A stretch of DNA of 64,000 nucleotides, taken from assembly GCA_964016885.1 (NCBI GenBank), contig OZ024741.1, positions 201,500,001 to 201,564,000 of the forward strand, given 5' to 3'. Each line of letters starts with the position of its first letter. Position 1 is the stretch's first letter. The translations under genes were made by a program, and so were the position numbers. This document shows, piece after piece, positions 25,045 through 38,459 of the stretch. The notes beneath the pieces are model-generated. The model made no database searches. It had not been told where the DNA came from and saw nothing but the letters and a program-made list of their open reading frames with translations. This stretch comes from Eledone cirrhosa. Its lineage: Eukaryota.

Positions 25045-27328
25045 TTATATATAGGGTTTAAAGTTTTGGAACGAATGTCGGAAGCGGTGTTGGCAATTTG
25101 CGAACACTTCTGATTTTTTATTAAGGAGATTATGTTTAGAGAAGATGATAGTATGGGTCTCTAGTAGACAGAGGTTACAAAATTTATCAGGTGGTTTGTA
25201 CGATGTTGCACTACCTACCACTTCCCATTTAAGTGTATATATTTTATTTTTAGTTTTTAGATAGTGTATGTAGCTAGATAGTGAAGTGGAGTTGGCTAGA
25301 CTGTGTTTTTTGAAAGAGTGGAGGTGCGAATTGTATCTAGTTTTGAAGCAGTTAGAAGTGGAGCCTATGTAGGTTTCAGAAGAGCTGTTAGTTGTGACTG
25401 TACATGAGTATATGATATCCTTGGTTAAGCATTTTTTATCTAAAGGGCAGGTTCTACTTGATCTACAGTTACAATTACTCTGGGTGCTAGTCTGCCGGTT
25501 ACTATGCTGTGTAGAAGTTTGGATGTTAGCTATAGGGTTATGGTTATGCGGGTTGTGGTACGCAGCGTTAATGTTTACACTAGTGCTATTACTATTATTT
25601 CCATTGATATTACGGTTATTTGTTATAATGTTACTTTGACTGTTATTTTGAATGTTATTTTGAAGGTTTATCGACCGTTGTGATTTAGTTTGTTGGAAGT
25701 AAGAATTAATTTTTCTTTTATTTGTACTAGCTATGTGGTATGCTAAGTTAGGCGTAGTAGAGTATGAGATCTTAATAGTGTTTTTGTTTAAAAGGCCGTG
25801 GTACCTGTGGCCGGATGGGAAGTGTTTATCTAGTAGTGAGAAGAAAGCCCTAGGAAGGTTGGTAGAGACGTTTAAATTGAAAGGAGGGTTGAAAAATGTG
25901 TTATTTCTTCTTCTATTTCTGTTTTTTATGTCTGGTGATTTGTTTCCTTTAATGTTCCTATGGTCATTTCTGTGGTGCGGGTTACTCTTGTTGTTACAAT
26001 CCCTATTAGTGTGTGTGCAGTTGCTATTCCTATTATTAAATTTTCCCATGGACATGTTGTGTGAAATGATGTTGTAGCTATGTGTTTTTGTAGGTAGGAA
26101 CTCTATCCCTGTATTATGGCCTGATCTAGCTAATGCCTGATTATAATACTGCGAGTTATTGTTAAATGTGTTTATGTCATAGGATAGATTAGAGATTCTA
26201 TTAGATACGCCCTTAGAGATAGAGTTCAATATAGATTTAGGGTGGTTAGACTTGGTATCTACGTAGATGAGTTTTTCATTAGGTTTGTGGAAAGGTGCAT
26301 ATATCATTGAGTCTAAGTAGAGTGTGGCGTCTAGGAAGTTGCCGTTTTTGGTGTTTTTGTCCATGGTAATACTAAAGTTAAAGTTTTTGAATGTTTTGTG
26401 CAATAGTTTTCTAGTCCTTTCTATATTGAATTTTTTATAGTCTATAAGTAGAAGTGCATCGTCGCGATACAAACCACCGCTGAGGTACGGAAGTTCCCTG
26501 TGGATTAGGTTAAGTAAGTATAGGCCAACCAAATCAGTGACCTGCGCCGAGTCACTAGACCCCATAGTAATGTCGAAGTTGTTTTGCGTGTCCTTGCGGG
26601 TCCATAATTGGTCCTCAAAGGTGATTATTGTTTTACGGGCCGCAAGTATGACATCAATCTGGGGTCTAGTCAAGTCACTATTATCCATGGCCATTATAAA
26701 TGCCTTATTTAGTAGGATAGGGGAAATAGAGGTGTAGTAAGAGTTGATATCAAATTGGATAAATTTTTTATCCTTGTTATCTATGATATTTTTGAACCAT
26801 TCAATCACTTCACCCGTATTTCCCTATTGCTTAAGGTAAATCTTGTGTTTAATCTGTGGGATGATTTTGTCTAGGATTTTTTTACTGATAATGCCAATGT
26901 CAGACCTGGAGGGGCAGATTAGTCTAATCGGGGGGTTGCTAATGAAGTCTACCTTATGGTCCTTCAGAGAGAATCTAGGGGGGTTTGGGGTGTAAGGTTG
27001 TGTATGTCTCTGGAGCCCTAGTTTGGATACTATATTATAGCCTTCCATATTAATATCTTCTAAGTTTTTCATAGTGGTTTTCTTGTAGCTTTTATGTAGT
27101 TCATTATATATAAACTTTCTATACGTATTATAATCTAGGCTGTATATGTTATTAGTTTTGTCGGCATGTACACAAATTTTACTACTAGTTTTGACGTCAT
27201 TAATAGAGATGCTAAGTTTGTTTAAGAAGGTGTTGTTTTTATTATGGTGTTTTTTGTATTTAATGTTTTTAACTAGTTTAATTAGGTCGTTTTCGAAGAG
27301 GTTTAGTAGTGTGTTATGAGGGGGGCTT
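25045..27328 (-). pseudogene. PLE RT-GIY-YIG polyprotein with one in-frame TAG (26824-26826)
   Basis: VHADKTNNIY, FIQFDINSYYTSI, MGSSDSAQVTDLVG, GGLYRDD, FLDATL, KPNE..YVDTKSNHP, CNCRSSRTC (CxCx5C), IIY..TYIG, CNLCLLE, CQH; ORFs 26824-27687 and 25045-26808 are in the same frame. Confidence 0.9.
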
Positions 27329-27964
27329 CTAAATGTTATATATATATATATATACACACACACATATATAAGTATGTAAAAAACATAGATATAAAAACAC
27401 ACATACACACACATATACATACACGCGCACATACGAATACATTCGTTTACATATACAAACACGCATACACACACATGCACACTCACATGCATAGATACAA
27501 TATAAAAACCAGCCGTATGAATAAATGAGTACAAATTATACGCAAGTAAACATACATAAAAGCGGCTGAGAGAGACAACAGAATATATCTGGAGTTGAAA
27601 ACGCAAATGACATGTAATATCAGGTAGTGAAAGAAAATGGGGAAGTAAAATATGTAAAATTGTGAAGATATAAAGTAAGTGAATCAAAAGCAGGGGGGGG
27701 GGGGTTAATGGTGGATGTGAAGTAAAAATAAAGTTAAAAATAAAAATAAAAGTAAATCAGAAAGAGAAGTCTGTAAAGAGGGTAATTTAAGGAAAGTGAA
27801 GAACAAGAGTTTATGGAGGATAAGTATCTGAAAGTGAGTTAAGTTTATATGAGCTGGAAAGCAAGTGTGATTTCATGTGTGGGCAACTGGTGAAAATTTC
27901 TATTTTTGCATTTAGGCAGGTTTTTCGTGATTTCAATTTTCAACGGAAAATTCAATACTTATAT

Positions 27965-29146
<1,182 letters not shown>

Positions 29147-29182
29147 GGTACACGGCTTAGTGGTTAGAGCATTGGCCTTGCA

Positions 29183-29215
<33 letters not shown>

Positions 29216-29469
29216 ATTAAAGTTTAAGCAAAGAATGGCTGCTTTCACCCTTAACGGGATCCTCTGAAACTAAAAAAATCACTCTGTGAACACAGAAGTA
29301 AATAATTCGAAAAACGTTACACGCTATATATATATATATATACACACTATATATACATATATACACACACACATATAGCGGCATAATGTCGTAATGCAGA
29401 CAGCCAGACATACAGACAGATATTATAAGGGCGCAACGTTATATATATGTATCTATCTAAAAAGAAAGA

Positions 29470-29653
29470 CTAAGAATTATAGAGAAAGATCCCTAGATCG
29501 CCTAATGCGGTCCCTAGGGCATTGAAATTTTTGCTCAAAAGACTCACAGGACCATAAGTATTACATGTGTAAAGTTTGAAAACAATCGGTTGGGTGGTTC
29601 TCGAGTTTTAGGGAGACAGACAGACAGACATTCTCTGTTTTAGATATATAGAT
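29470..29653 (+). mobile_element. Possible Helentron/DINE-like non-autonomous 3' end
   Basis: AAGTTTGAAAACAATCGG...(GACA)n...TATATAGAT. Confidence 0.45.
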
Positions 29654-30324
29654 CATAATATTATTATTATTGACTCACAAATACTTTTAGGTATCCACCA
29701 TGTTAGAGTAAAAACAAATTTTAAAATAATTTATTGTTTTAGTAAATCTCTCCAAATTCTTCAGTAATTAATTCAAACACTGTATTTTATTATAGATAAG
29801 GTAATGAATGAGCTAAGCAAACTGCATGAAAGCACACAATTTGTAAAGGGGATGGGGTAAACTTGATCTGTGGTATTTGTGGCCATATATGTCTTACCAA
29901 GACTGATCTCATTAGTCATTAAACAAGTTAATGCCAGACAAAATGTTGACTACTCTATCATCATCATCATCATCACCATTTTTCACCTATTTTACATGCT
30001 TGGATGTGTTAGACGGATTGTCAAATTTTGAAAACAGACATGTCAGATGTTTGCAGCTGCTCATATATGCCATTTTTAGCATGTTTCTATGGCTGGATGC
30101 CTATTCTAATGCTTATCATTTCATGGCATGTGTGGTGACATATTGCTTCAACCTGACAGGACAAATTGGGTCCTTTTTATTGTGGCACAAGCACTACTAC
30201 CTTACAGAGTGAGCTAGGTGCATTTATCATGGCACCAGCACTACCACATTATAGTATGGGCTGAGTGAAATTTATTGTGGTACCAGCACTACCACATTAT
30301 AGTGTTGGCTGAGTACCATTTATA

Positions 30325-30510
30325 AGTGTTTCTACTTTGGGCACAAGGCCAGCAATTATCCCAGGGCATTACTGGTACTTTATTTTATCGACCCCGTAAG
30401 GATGAAAGGCAAAGTTATCCTCAGCGGGATTTGAACTCATGATGTAAAGGGCCATAACTCTATGCTGCAAAAGCATGGCGTCCAACCCTCTACCGATACT
30501 GCCAATCCAC
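30325..30510 (-). mobile_element. SINE family A
   Basis: Similarity to 8071. Confidence 0.85.
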
Positions 30511-30813
30511 CAAGTAGAACATACGTTACATATGGAAAGGTTTTCAAATCTGTTGATGGATTACACTGTGTCTTCAGATTTGCACATCCATGATTTTGTT
30601 TGTAAACTCTGCCAAAAGACATGTAGGAGTATGGTTGGCTTAATGAGCTTTTTCATAATTCTTTCAATATGATGGTCTTCCTTGGACACAAGTGCATAGC
30701 CAACACATACATACATGCATACATGCATGTATACTTATATACACACATACATACATAGAGAAATCTGCAGATACTCCACCCTGATTACACCTTCAGATTT
30801 ATGCATGTGATTA

Positions 30814-32514
30814 CACCGTGTAACATATTTTTTGTCCCCCGGTTCTAAGTGTCATTTCATGGTTTGTTATATCCCATTATTATAAAAAAAACACTATTAT
30901 TTAATCAGAAGTTTGGGTTTGTGGTCAGGGGTTTGATATTTCGAAATTTTCATATTTTTCAAGAAAAAACACATTTTTTTTAAATTTATCAGTTCATATA
31001 ATTAAATCAACAGAGTATATATTTATTTTATTACACAAGCTTATCAAAAGCAAACAAGTAAAAACAAATAACACTTATAAAGCAACTTATACACGTCAGA
31101 AATGACTGGATTTCCTGGATTTGCGGTTGTAGTCCAGGTCGCATTCCCGCACTAGCCCCCAGATATAGTCCCCCATCATTTTTTCATTGTAGTGGCCCTG
31201 GTACCTCCGCTCTATCTCTTTCACATCTTGGTGAACTCGTTCGCCTTGTTCTTCTGAGTAGGCGCCCATATTGTCCTTGAATTTTTCCAGGTGAACGTCC
31301 AGCATATGGAGTTTAAGCGACATCCTGCATCCCATGGCGCCAAAAGCCTTTATCAGTTCCTGCACCAGTTTCTGGTAGTTTTCAGCTCTGTAGTTGCCCA
31401 GGGAGCACTTAACAACTGCCTTGAAACAGTTCCATGCTGTTCTCTCAATCCTATTGAGCTTATTGGAGAACTCGGTAGACTCAAACACCTTCTTTATCTG
31501 AGGTCCAACAAAAATTCCACCTTTGATTTTGGCCTCAGATAACTTGGGGAAGAACTCAAGAAGGTACTTAAAAGCGGCTGATTCTTGGTTGAGAGCCTTC
31601 ACAAATTGCTTCATCAATTCCAACTTAATATGCAGTGGCGGCATAAGCACACTCCTGGGATCAACCAGTGGCTCCCACATGACATTCCGGGTCCCAACTA
31701 CAAATTCTGTTCGCTGCTCCAGTTCTTTCTTTTGTAGTGGCTCTGCTGTCCCAAAGGCAGAGGAAGCATTGGAATTTGATAAAGCCTCCTTGGAGTCCAA
31801 GCAGGAAAGCCACCATCTTGAAGTCTCTAATGATTTCCCAATTGTACTGGTTGTATTGCAGAGCTTCCAAGAGGACTTTCACACTGTAGTTATCTTCCTT
31901 CAGGCAGACTGAATGAGCTAGGGGCAGTGTCGGGAACTTGTTTCCATTGTGGAGGAGGACAGCCTTCAAACTTGTGGTATCCGCCATTCCTTGGGCACAA
32001 ACGGCGCCCCAATAATGTCAAACAGTCCAGGCATGTCATGGCAGAAGCAGAAGCCATCCCTAAGAGTGTAAAAGCCTGAGAAAGGTTCGTGTCGACTTCT
32101 CTGACTTGTCACCTGCACTTCCTCCTTGACCAAGTTCCACTGCTTCATCCTGTAGACAAATAGCTCTGCATTGGACTTGGTCAGACCCATATCCTTGACC
32201 AAGTCATTGACTTCTTTTTGTTTTGGGAAGTGAGGAACTTTTTCTGGTACCCCAGTATCAATAAATCTCTCTTTATTTTATAATTTTAATTTAACCTGAA
32301 ACATATATAAAAAGTCATTTAACATAAGCAAATTAAACTTACATACAACGTAAAATCCAGCATACAAATAATTCTAGTGAATAGCTTAGAATTTTTACAA
32401 ACCCAAACTTTTAACTGTTTAATAGCACTTTTTTATTTATTTGGGACCTAAGCAACACAAAAAAGTGATTACAAGCCAGGAACAGAGAAAAAAAATTTTT
32501 TTTGTTACACAGTG
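30814..32514 (-). mobile_element. CMC/Chapaev3-like DNA transposon, internally deleted
   Basis: TIRs CACCGTGTAACA / TGTTACACAGTG with TTA on both sides; transposase PPLHIKLELMKQFVKAL, GIFVGPQI, SEEQGERVHQD. Confidence 0.85.
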
Positions 32515-32517
32515 TTA

Positions 32518-32900
32518 TTGAGGCACTGGGATATGTTAGTAACTGTCTCAATACAAATCTTGAGAAGCTAGGCTTCACAGGAACAGAAAGAACATAACTA
32601 GTTAGGAAATTACAAGTACAATCCATTAATGGAACAGTAAAAATATGTAAAACATTCCAAAAATTTTGCATCTAATAACTGCATATACACATGTACAGAT
32701 ACAAAGCATATACACATGCACACATACAACTCAAAACATCCACATCCACACATACAATAACATCCATATCTACACATGCAAACATACATACCTAGTTGAT
32801 GTTGTGTAAATTCCAAAGAGAGAGTCTTGTGTCTATGTTAGAAACCGACTCTCTCTCTATTGGGAAACAATTTGTGAAATTATAAAACCAGAAGAACATA
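32518..32900 (+). mobile_element. 3' end of RLE-type (R4/Dong-like) non-LTR element; inverted homolog at 35345-35950
   Basis: ALGYVSNCLNTNLEKLGF; abuts (ATAC)n. Confidence 0.65.
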
Positions 32901-33799
32901 CATACATACATACATACATACATACATACATACATACATACATACATACATACATACATACATACATACACACATATATACATGCATTCGGGCATGCTGT
33001 GTGTGTATGTTTGTATATACATAATACATTCATATCATCATCATCATCATCACTTTTTAACATCTATTTTTCCTTGCTTGCATGGGTTAGATGGGTCATC
33101 CATGTTATCAAGCAAGTCAGGCCAGATTACTCAAATGGAACTGTATTTTGGCTGGGATTTTTACAGCTGGATGCCCTTCCTAACACCAACTACGTTTACA
33201 GTATGGAACTGGGTGATCCTGTTATGAGACAAGCCTGGCCAACTGGCTGCACCGTACCTCGCACATAGTGGGGCCATGTTTCAGCTGGGTTTTTACAACT
33301 GCTGGAGGCTATTCCTACTGCTAACCATATTTACAGTGTGGAACAGGGTGGTCCTGTTATGAAAAGAGGTCTGGCTAGATAGCTGCACCATACTCGTAAT
33401 GAAATCGTGGAACTGGATGGTCCCGTTATGAAGTAGGTCTGGCCAGTTGGCCACGTCATGCCTTGCTCTTAGCGAGACCTGTGTTTTGGCTGGGATTTTT
33501 ACAGCTGATGGATGCCTTTTCTAACACCAACCACATTTAAAGAGTTGAACTGGGTAGTCACACTCATGAGGCAAGTAAGGCCAGCGGGTCCATATTATGG
33601 AAGCTGGGTAGGTATGTTATGAGGCAGGTCTGGCTGTGTTGCTCATAGTTTTGTGCTTAAATATCATGACAGTTGGATGCCCTTCTGAAGCACAAGTCAC
33701 GTTTATGGTGTGGGCTGGACAGGGTTGTCAACTCGGGCCTTTTGTTGTACATCGTAGTGCCAGAGGTCACGGTCCTATGTCATCTACATCAAGAGGTTC

Positions 33800-34450
33800 T
33801 GCTGAGCCATATCAGCCTTTATCATTATATCCCACGTCTTCCTAGGTCTTCCTCTTTCAAGACACCCGACAACTTTGAATGCCTTGCACCTTTTTTATAG
33901 CGCTGTCATCCTTCATGTTCATCACATGTCCACACCACTGCAATCTTCTCTTCTGGATACAGCAGTTAATCCCTTTTATACCCAGTTTTGCTCTCAATTC
34001 ATTTACATGACGTTCACACACAGTACGTTTACACATCCATCTGAGCATGCAGACTTCATTTCTTTCCAATCTCCATAGATACTTGGCATGCAGTGCACAT
34101 GTTTCACTTCCATGTAGCATTGCTGTGTGCACACAGGCATCACACAGCTTGCCTTTTATCTTCAGTGAGAGACCGTCTGTAGCTAGCAATGACAGGAACT
34201 CCCTGAACTTTTTCCATCCCATCCTTACTCTGGCAACTGTACTTTTTGCGCATCCACCACTAGTGCTGATTTGGTTACCCAGGTAGCAGAGGCTAACAAT
34301 TATTTCTATGGGCTCCTCTGTTCATTTAAAGGAGCTTGTTCCCCTTTGCAACATCCACATATGACGTCTGTGCTTTTTGCTAGTCTGCCTGATTTCCCAC
34401 TATATATCTTGTGTACCCACAATTTGCATTTGGGACACAGGATTGAGTTT
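33800..34450 (-). mobile_element. RTE LINE fragment
   Basis: GWKKFREF...MLHGSETC...MLRWMC...RLQWCGHV. Confidence 0.85.
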
Positions 34451-34879
34451 CTACCTACTCTTTTCAGTATTTTTATGTTTAATCATTTTACTACTATTAT
34501 TTAAAAGCATCCCATGAAACAGAAATCAAAATATTTCAATGTAGATATTATATAGTGTCATTGCATGCACACATGTATGTATGTATGTATGAGCAACTGT
34601 AGCGATAACCTGAAAAGAAGAAAGGATCAACATCATCAGTAACTACTGAACTGCAGGTTTTATGTCAGAATTATCCCAGTTTCCTGAGTGCCTTCTCATA
34701 GTAGAATGCCCTGACAAAGGCTAGGGGTCCTTCACTACCAGTGGTTTAACCTCGCAATCAGGTATCCTGTCCAATTAATTCTATGTTCCCGCACATAAAA
34801 AAAAAAAAGTTTCCTTCTCAAAAGTAAAAAGGGATGTCAGGAAAGGCATTGCTGTTGCATTTCCAGACAGTGAAGGTCC

Positions 34880-35342
34880 TCCTATGGCGCTGACATGCAG
34901 TGTCTGTGCGAGACTCTGCCTCAGCAAAACTGGACTTGAAAGTCATCTTTGCAGTCATAAAGTGAGACCAATGGCTGACTTTCAGGTTCTTGTCAAAGAT
35001 GCTGCTCATCATACCTGTCAAGCATGTGGAAGAGAGTGTAGATCAGCAGGAGGGCTCAAACGACATGCAAAAGTAAATGAAATCCCACCACAGCCGGCTA
35101 TTCCCAGTGAATGTTTTGGTTGCCGACTCTGTGCAAGACATTTTAGATCATTGGCTGGGCTAAAAAGCCACATTCGATCGCAGCACCGTTAATTGTTAAT
35201 ATATATATGCGTGTGTATATATATGTATATATGTATATGTGTATGTGTATATATATACATATATATATATATTTTTAATTTTTTTTTTTTTTGTGCAATC
35301 ACCATACTCGATAACGAGGGGGCAGCCATCATGTATGTATGT
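34880..35342 (+). mobile_element. RTE-type 3' end with three C2H2 fingers
   Basis: CSVCARLCLSKTGLESH, CQACGRECRSAGGLKRH, CRLCARHFRSLAGLKSHIRSQH; GCAGCCATC then (ATGT)n. Confidence 0.75.
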
Positions 35343-35344
35343 TC

Positions 35345-35950
35345 TTCTGGTTTTATAATTTCACAAATTTTTGCCAATGTATATATGTGTGAATGTTTGT
35401 ATGTATTTATGTTCTTCTGGTTTTATAATTTTATAAATGTTTACCAATAGATAGAGAGTCGATTTCTAACATAGACACACGACTCTTTCATTGGAATTTA
35501 AACATCAACTAGGTAGATATGTATGCATGTCTGCATGCATGCATGTGTGTGCAGGTATGGGTTTTATTGTAATTGTGGATCTGTATGTTTTGAGTTGTAT
35601 GTGTGCATGTGCATATGGTTTGTATCTGTACATGTGTATATGCAGCTATTAAATTCAAAATTTTTGGAATGTTTTACATATTTTTACTGTTCCATTAATG
35701 GATTATACTTTTAATTTTCTAACTAGTCATGGTCTTTCTGTTCCTGTGAAGCCTAGCTTCTCAAGATTTGTACTGAGGCAGTTACTAACATATCCCAGCG
35801 CCCCAATAATCACAGGTATAAATCTGAAGGTATAGTCAGGGAGGAGTATCTGCAGATTTCTCATTAGTTCTGCATAGATATTCTCCTTTTCTTTAATCTT
35901 TAATATTATAATGGCATCTGCTTGGCAGCTAACTTCCACTACTGTGCATG
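35345..35950 (-). mobile_element. RLE-type (R4/Dong-like) non-LTR 3' end
   Basis: VVEVSC..KEKENIYAEL..IPVIIGALGYV. Confidence 0.65.
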
Positions 35951-35954
35951 CCTT

Positions 35955-36940
35955 AAGATCCCTCCTAACACTGTTGAAAGGGTTTCTCGTATCCAGCTTC
36001 ACTAGGAGGTGGGGTGATGAAGGAGGTGTGTGCTCTATAAAGTGTCTGGCTGCATGAGCTGCCACCTCACATCCACATTTGACTCCTACTCTGAGCTGAA
36101 GAGGGCTTAGTGCCTTGCTCAGGTCTTCCTTGACTGACTTGCATGCTATCATGGCTGTAAGTCATCGGAAGACGTTACCCACTGTGATGGGATGAATGCC
36201 TCATCATTCTTCCTCAGAGAAGTCAGACTGGCTAAGAAGAAAAGATAGTGGACATGGCAAGGCAAGTTAGTACAGAGACGACAGTTGGTGAGGGCTGTGA
36301 TTGACTGGAGCATGCATACTTCTACCTCAACAGTGTGTGGTGAGATAAGGATTGTGGGGTGGCCAGGTCGCAGGCCGTTCACTCCACCACTGCTGCTTCC
36401 TGAGAAGGATCTCAGGGTAGCTAGTTTGCCCTCACTTGATGTGGCCAAAGAAAGGTTACTGGCCAGGGCTTGAACATCTCTGATGTCGGGCTAAGCAGTC
36501 CAAGTGTTTATGTCGAAGTGCTGATGGGACAACTTGTGTGGGCAAGAGTACAGTGTTGCTCAAGGCCAGCACATGTACTGAAGCGAAAAAGTCACCCTCA
36601 ATTAGTTTCAGATTGACTCTGTCACAGAGACGTTTCGTGCAGTTGAAAGTGGACTGCGTTCACTGAGTCGACATTGGTGGGCAGCACAAGAGAGCCGAGA
36701 GTCTCACAGGTGAAGCTCACAGAAGGAAGTAATATTGCCCTTGAGCCTTGAAATCAGGGTGGGGCTTAACCCTCTCCCACTGTCAGGTTCCCTGCCATTG
36801 GGATCTCAAATGTGAGGGTCACGAAACTGAATGGTTTGGTCCAGTCATGCAGGCCACCTGAGTCAAGTGCTCAATAATTGATGCTAGCACTTCAGCCACG
36901 AGAGTGCGGGCAGCTTTTGGGATCCTGGTGATGACTCACC
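35955..36940 (-). mobile_element. Degenerate CRE-like non-LTR RT fragment
   Basis: LSPLQLRVGVKCGCEVAAHAAR..LVKLDTRNPFNSVRRD; SSGGVNGLRP. Confidence 0.65.
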
Positions 36941-37094
36941 ATGTGTCCATGTATACACACATAAACACACACACATATATATATTGCGTGAGTGTGAAAG
37001 ATCAAAACTCATTACTGCAATTCTGTGGGTGTGTATATATCATTTTTATTGGAAAAGGTAAGAAATTCTTAATATTTTCTATTCCTCAGATCCT

Positions 37095-37700
37095 CTAGCT
37101 GATTTTGGAATAAGTGTGTTTAACCTTATAATGAATCACATTGTCCAGTCACTACACAAACAGTTGGATAAAGATTTATCTTGCTTGGACCCAGCAAAGT
37201 TTAAAACTATTGCAGTGAAGAGCCTTGAAATTGAAACATTGGAAGGCATTATTATGTTGTTTCCACAAATCAGCAAAGATCAAATGAAATTGGAATTTTT
37301 TTATTTTTTTATCAAACTTTGATGTATTAAGGCTATTGCTTAATGTTGGTGAGAATATGGGTTCCGGCTGCAATAACTATAAAATTTGCAGCACTTTCCC
37401 ATCATGTGTACTAAAAGTTCTGGCATCCAACAGACTTCATAACAAGGCATATGATAAGCTTTATGAATTTTATAAAGTCATCTGCACACTATTAGTTACC
37501 TAAGTCCAATGTGAGAGGGCATTTTCAAAGCTAAAGATCATAAAGACAAGGTTAAGAAATGTGCTGTCTGAGGAGAACTTGGAATCATACATATCCATTG
37601 AAAAGGAATTGTTACATGAATTGGATACAGAAGGAATTATTGACAAATTCGCACAATCATCTACTGAACCCAAACGACTGCTCTTAATATAGTGGACTGC
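37095..37700 (+). mobile_element. hAT transposase C-terminal fragment
   Basis: VQCERAFSKLKIIKTRLRNVLSEENL near 37500-37590. Confidence 0.7.
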
Positions 37701-37977
37701 TTGTAATACATTTTTATACTTTTGAACTCTCTGTTAATGTGTAAAATGGGCAGTACAAGTAAATTATTTTAAAATATCCACCAATTATTTTTTAAAAAAA
37801 TGTTAAGTTGGTACATGCACACTATACTGTAATTTTGAAAATTTTGTAAGGTCCTTACAAATTTTCTAAGGGCCATAAAAATGGAAAGAGCAGAGATAAC
37901 AGAATAATTGAAGTAAGAGGAATATTAAAAGTAGAAGAAATCAAAACCATGTAAATTTATCCTTTATTATTAGATAG

Positions 37978-38268
37978 TACATTTGCCAATAATTCTATCA
38001 CCACCACTTCGTTTGCTCCAGCCTATCTAATAATTGTTTCTACTTTTGGCACAAGGCCAGCAATTACCCAGTGCATTACTGGTACTTTATTTTATCGACC
38101 CCGTAAGGATGAAAGGCAAAGTCCCGCCAAGGTTAACTTTGCCTTTCATCCTTACGGGGTCGATAAAATAAAGTACCAGTAATGCACTGGGTAATTGCTA
38201 GCCTTGTGCCAAAGGTAGAAACAATTATTAGATAGGCTGGTGGTGATAGAATTATTGGCAAATGTACG
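37978..38268. repeat. Fold-back inverted duplication of a SINE 3' part plus flank
   Basis: 37978-38122 is the reverse complement of about 38135-38268. Confidence 0.85.
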
Positions 38269-38459
38269 TTTAATAAAAAACAATATGTACAAGTTGTTTG
38301 AAATAAATCTCCTTCGTAAAGAGCAAACAAACAAATGATGCATATGTATGAAGATGTGGTATTGACTGCAATGCCATGATTTTCATGAGAAAACATAACT
38401 GTCTCTTTGACAGTAAAATGTCTTCATTCAAATATTGATATTGATTTATAGATTTATTG

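Larger units (their letters stand above)
23430..27328 (-). mobile_element. Penelope-like element, Hydra-clade-like
   Basis: RT plus C-terminal GIY-YIG ORF, about 1.6-kb 3' region, HHR near the end. Confidence 0.85.

Noticed and set aside
25045-27328. Naiad-type selenoprotein PLE
   Set aside because: Endonuclease is C-terminal and the only internal stop is TAG at a likely Trp, not TGA at a Cys
27915-27950. Minus-strand TTGAAAA-tga-aa-tca-GAAA
   Set aside because: Stems I and III cannot be formed convincingly
34884-35192. Host C2H2 zinc-finger gene
   Set aside because: No TGEKP linkers, LINE-type tail and several dispersed relatives
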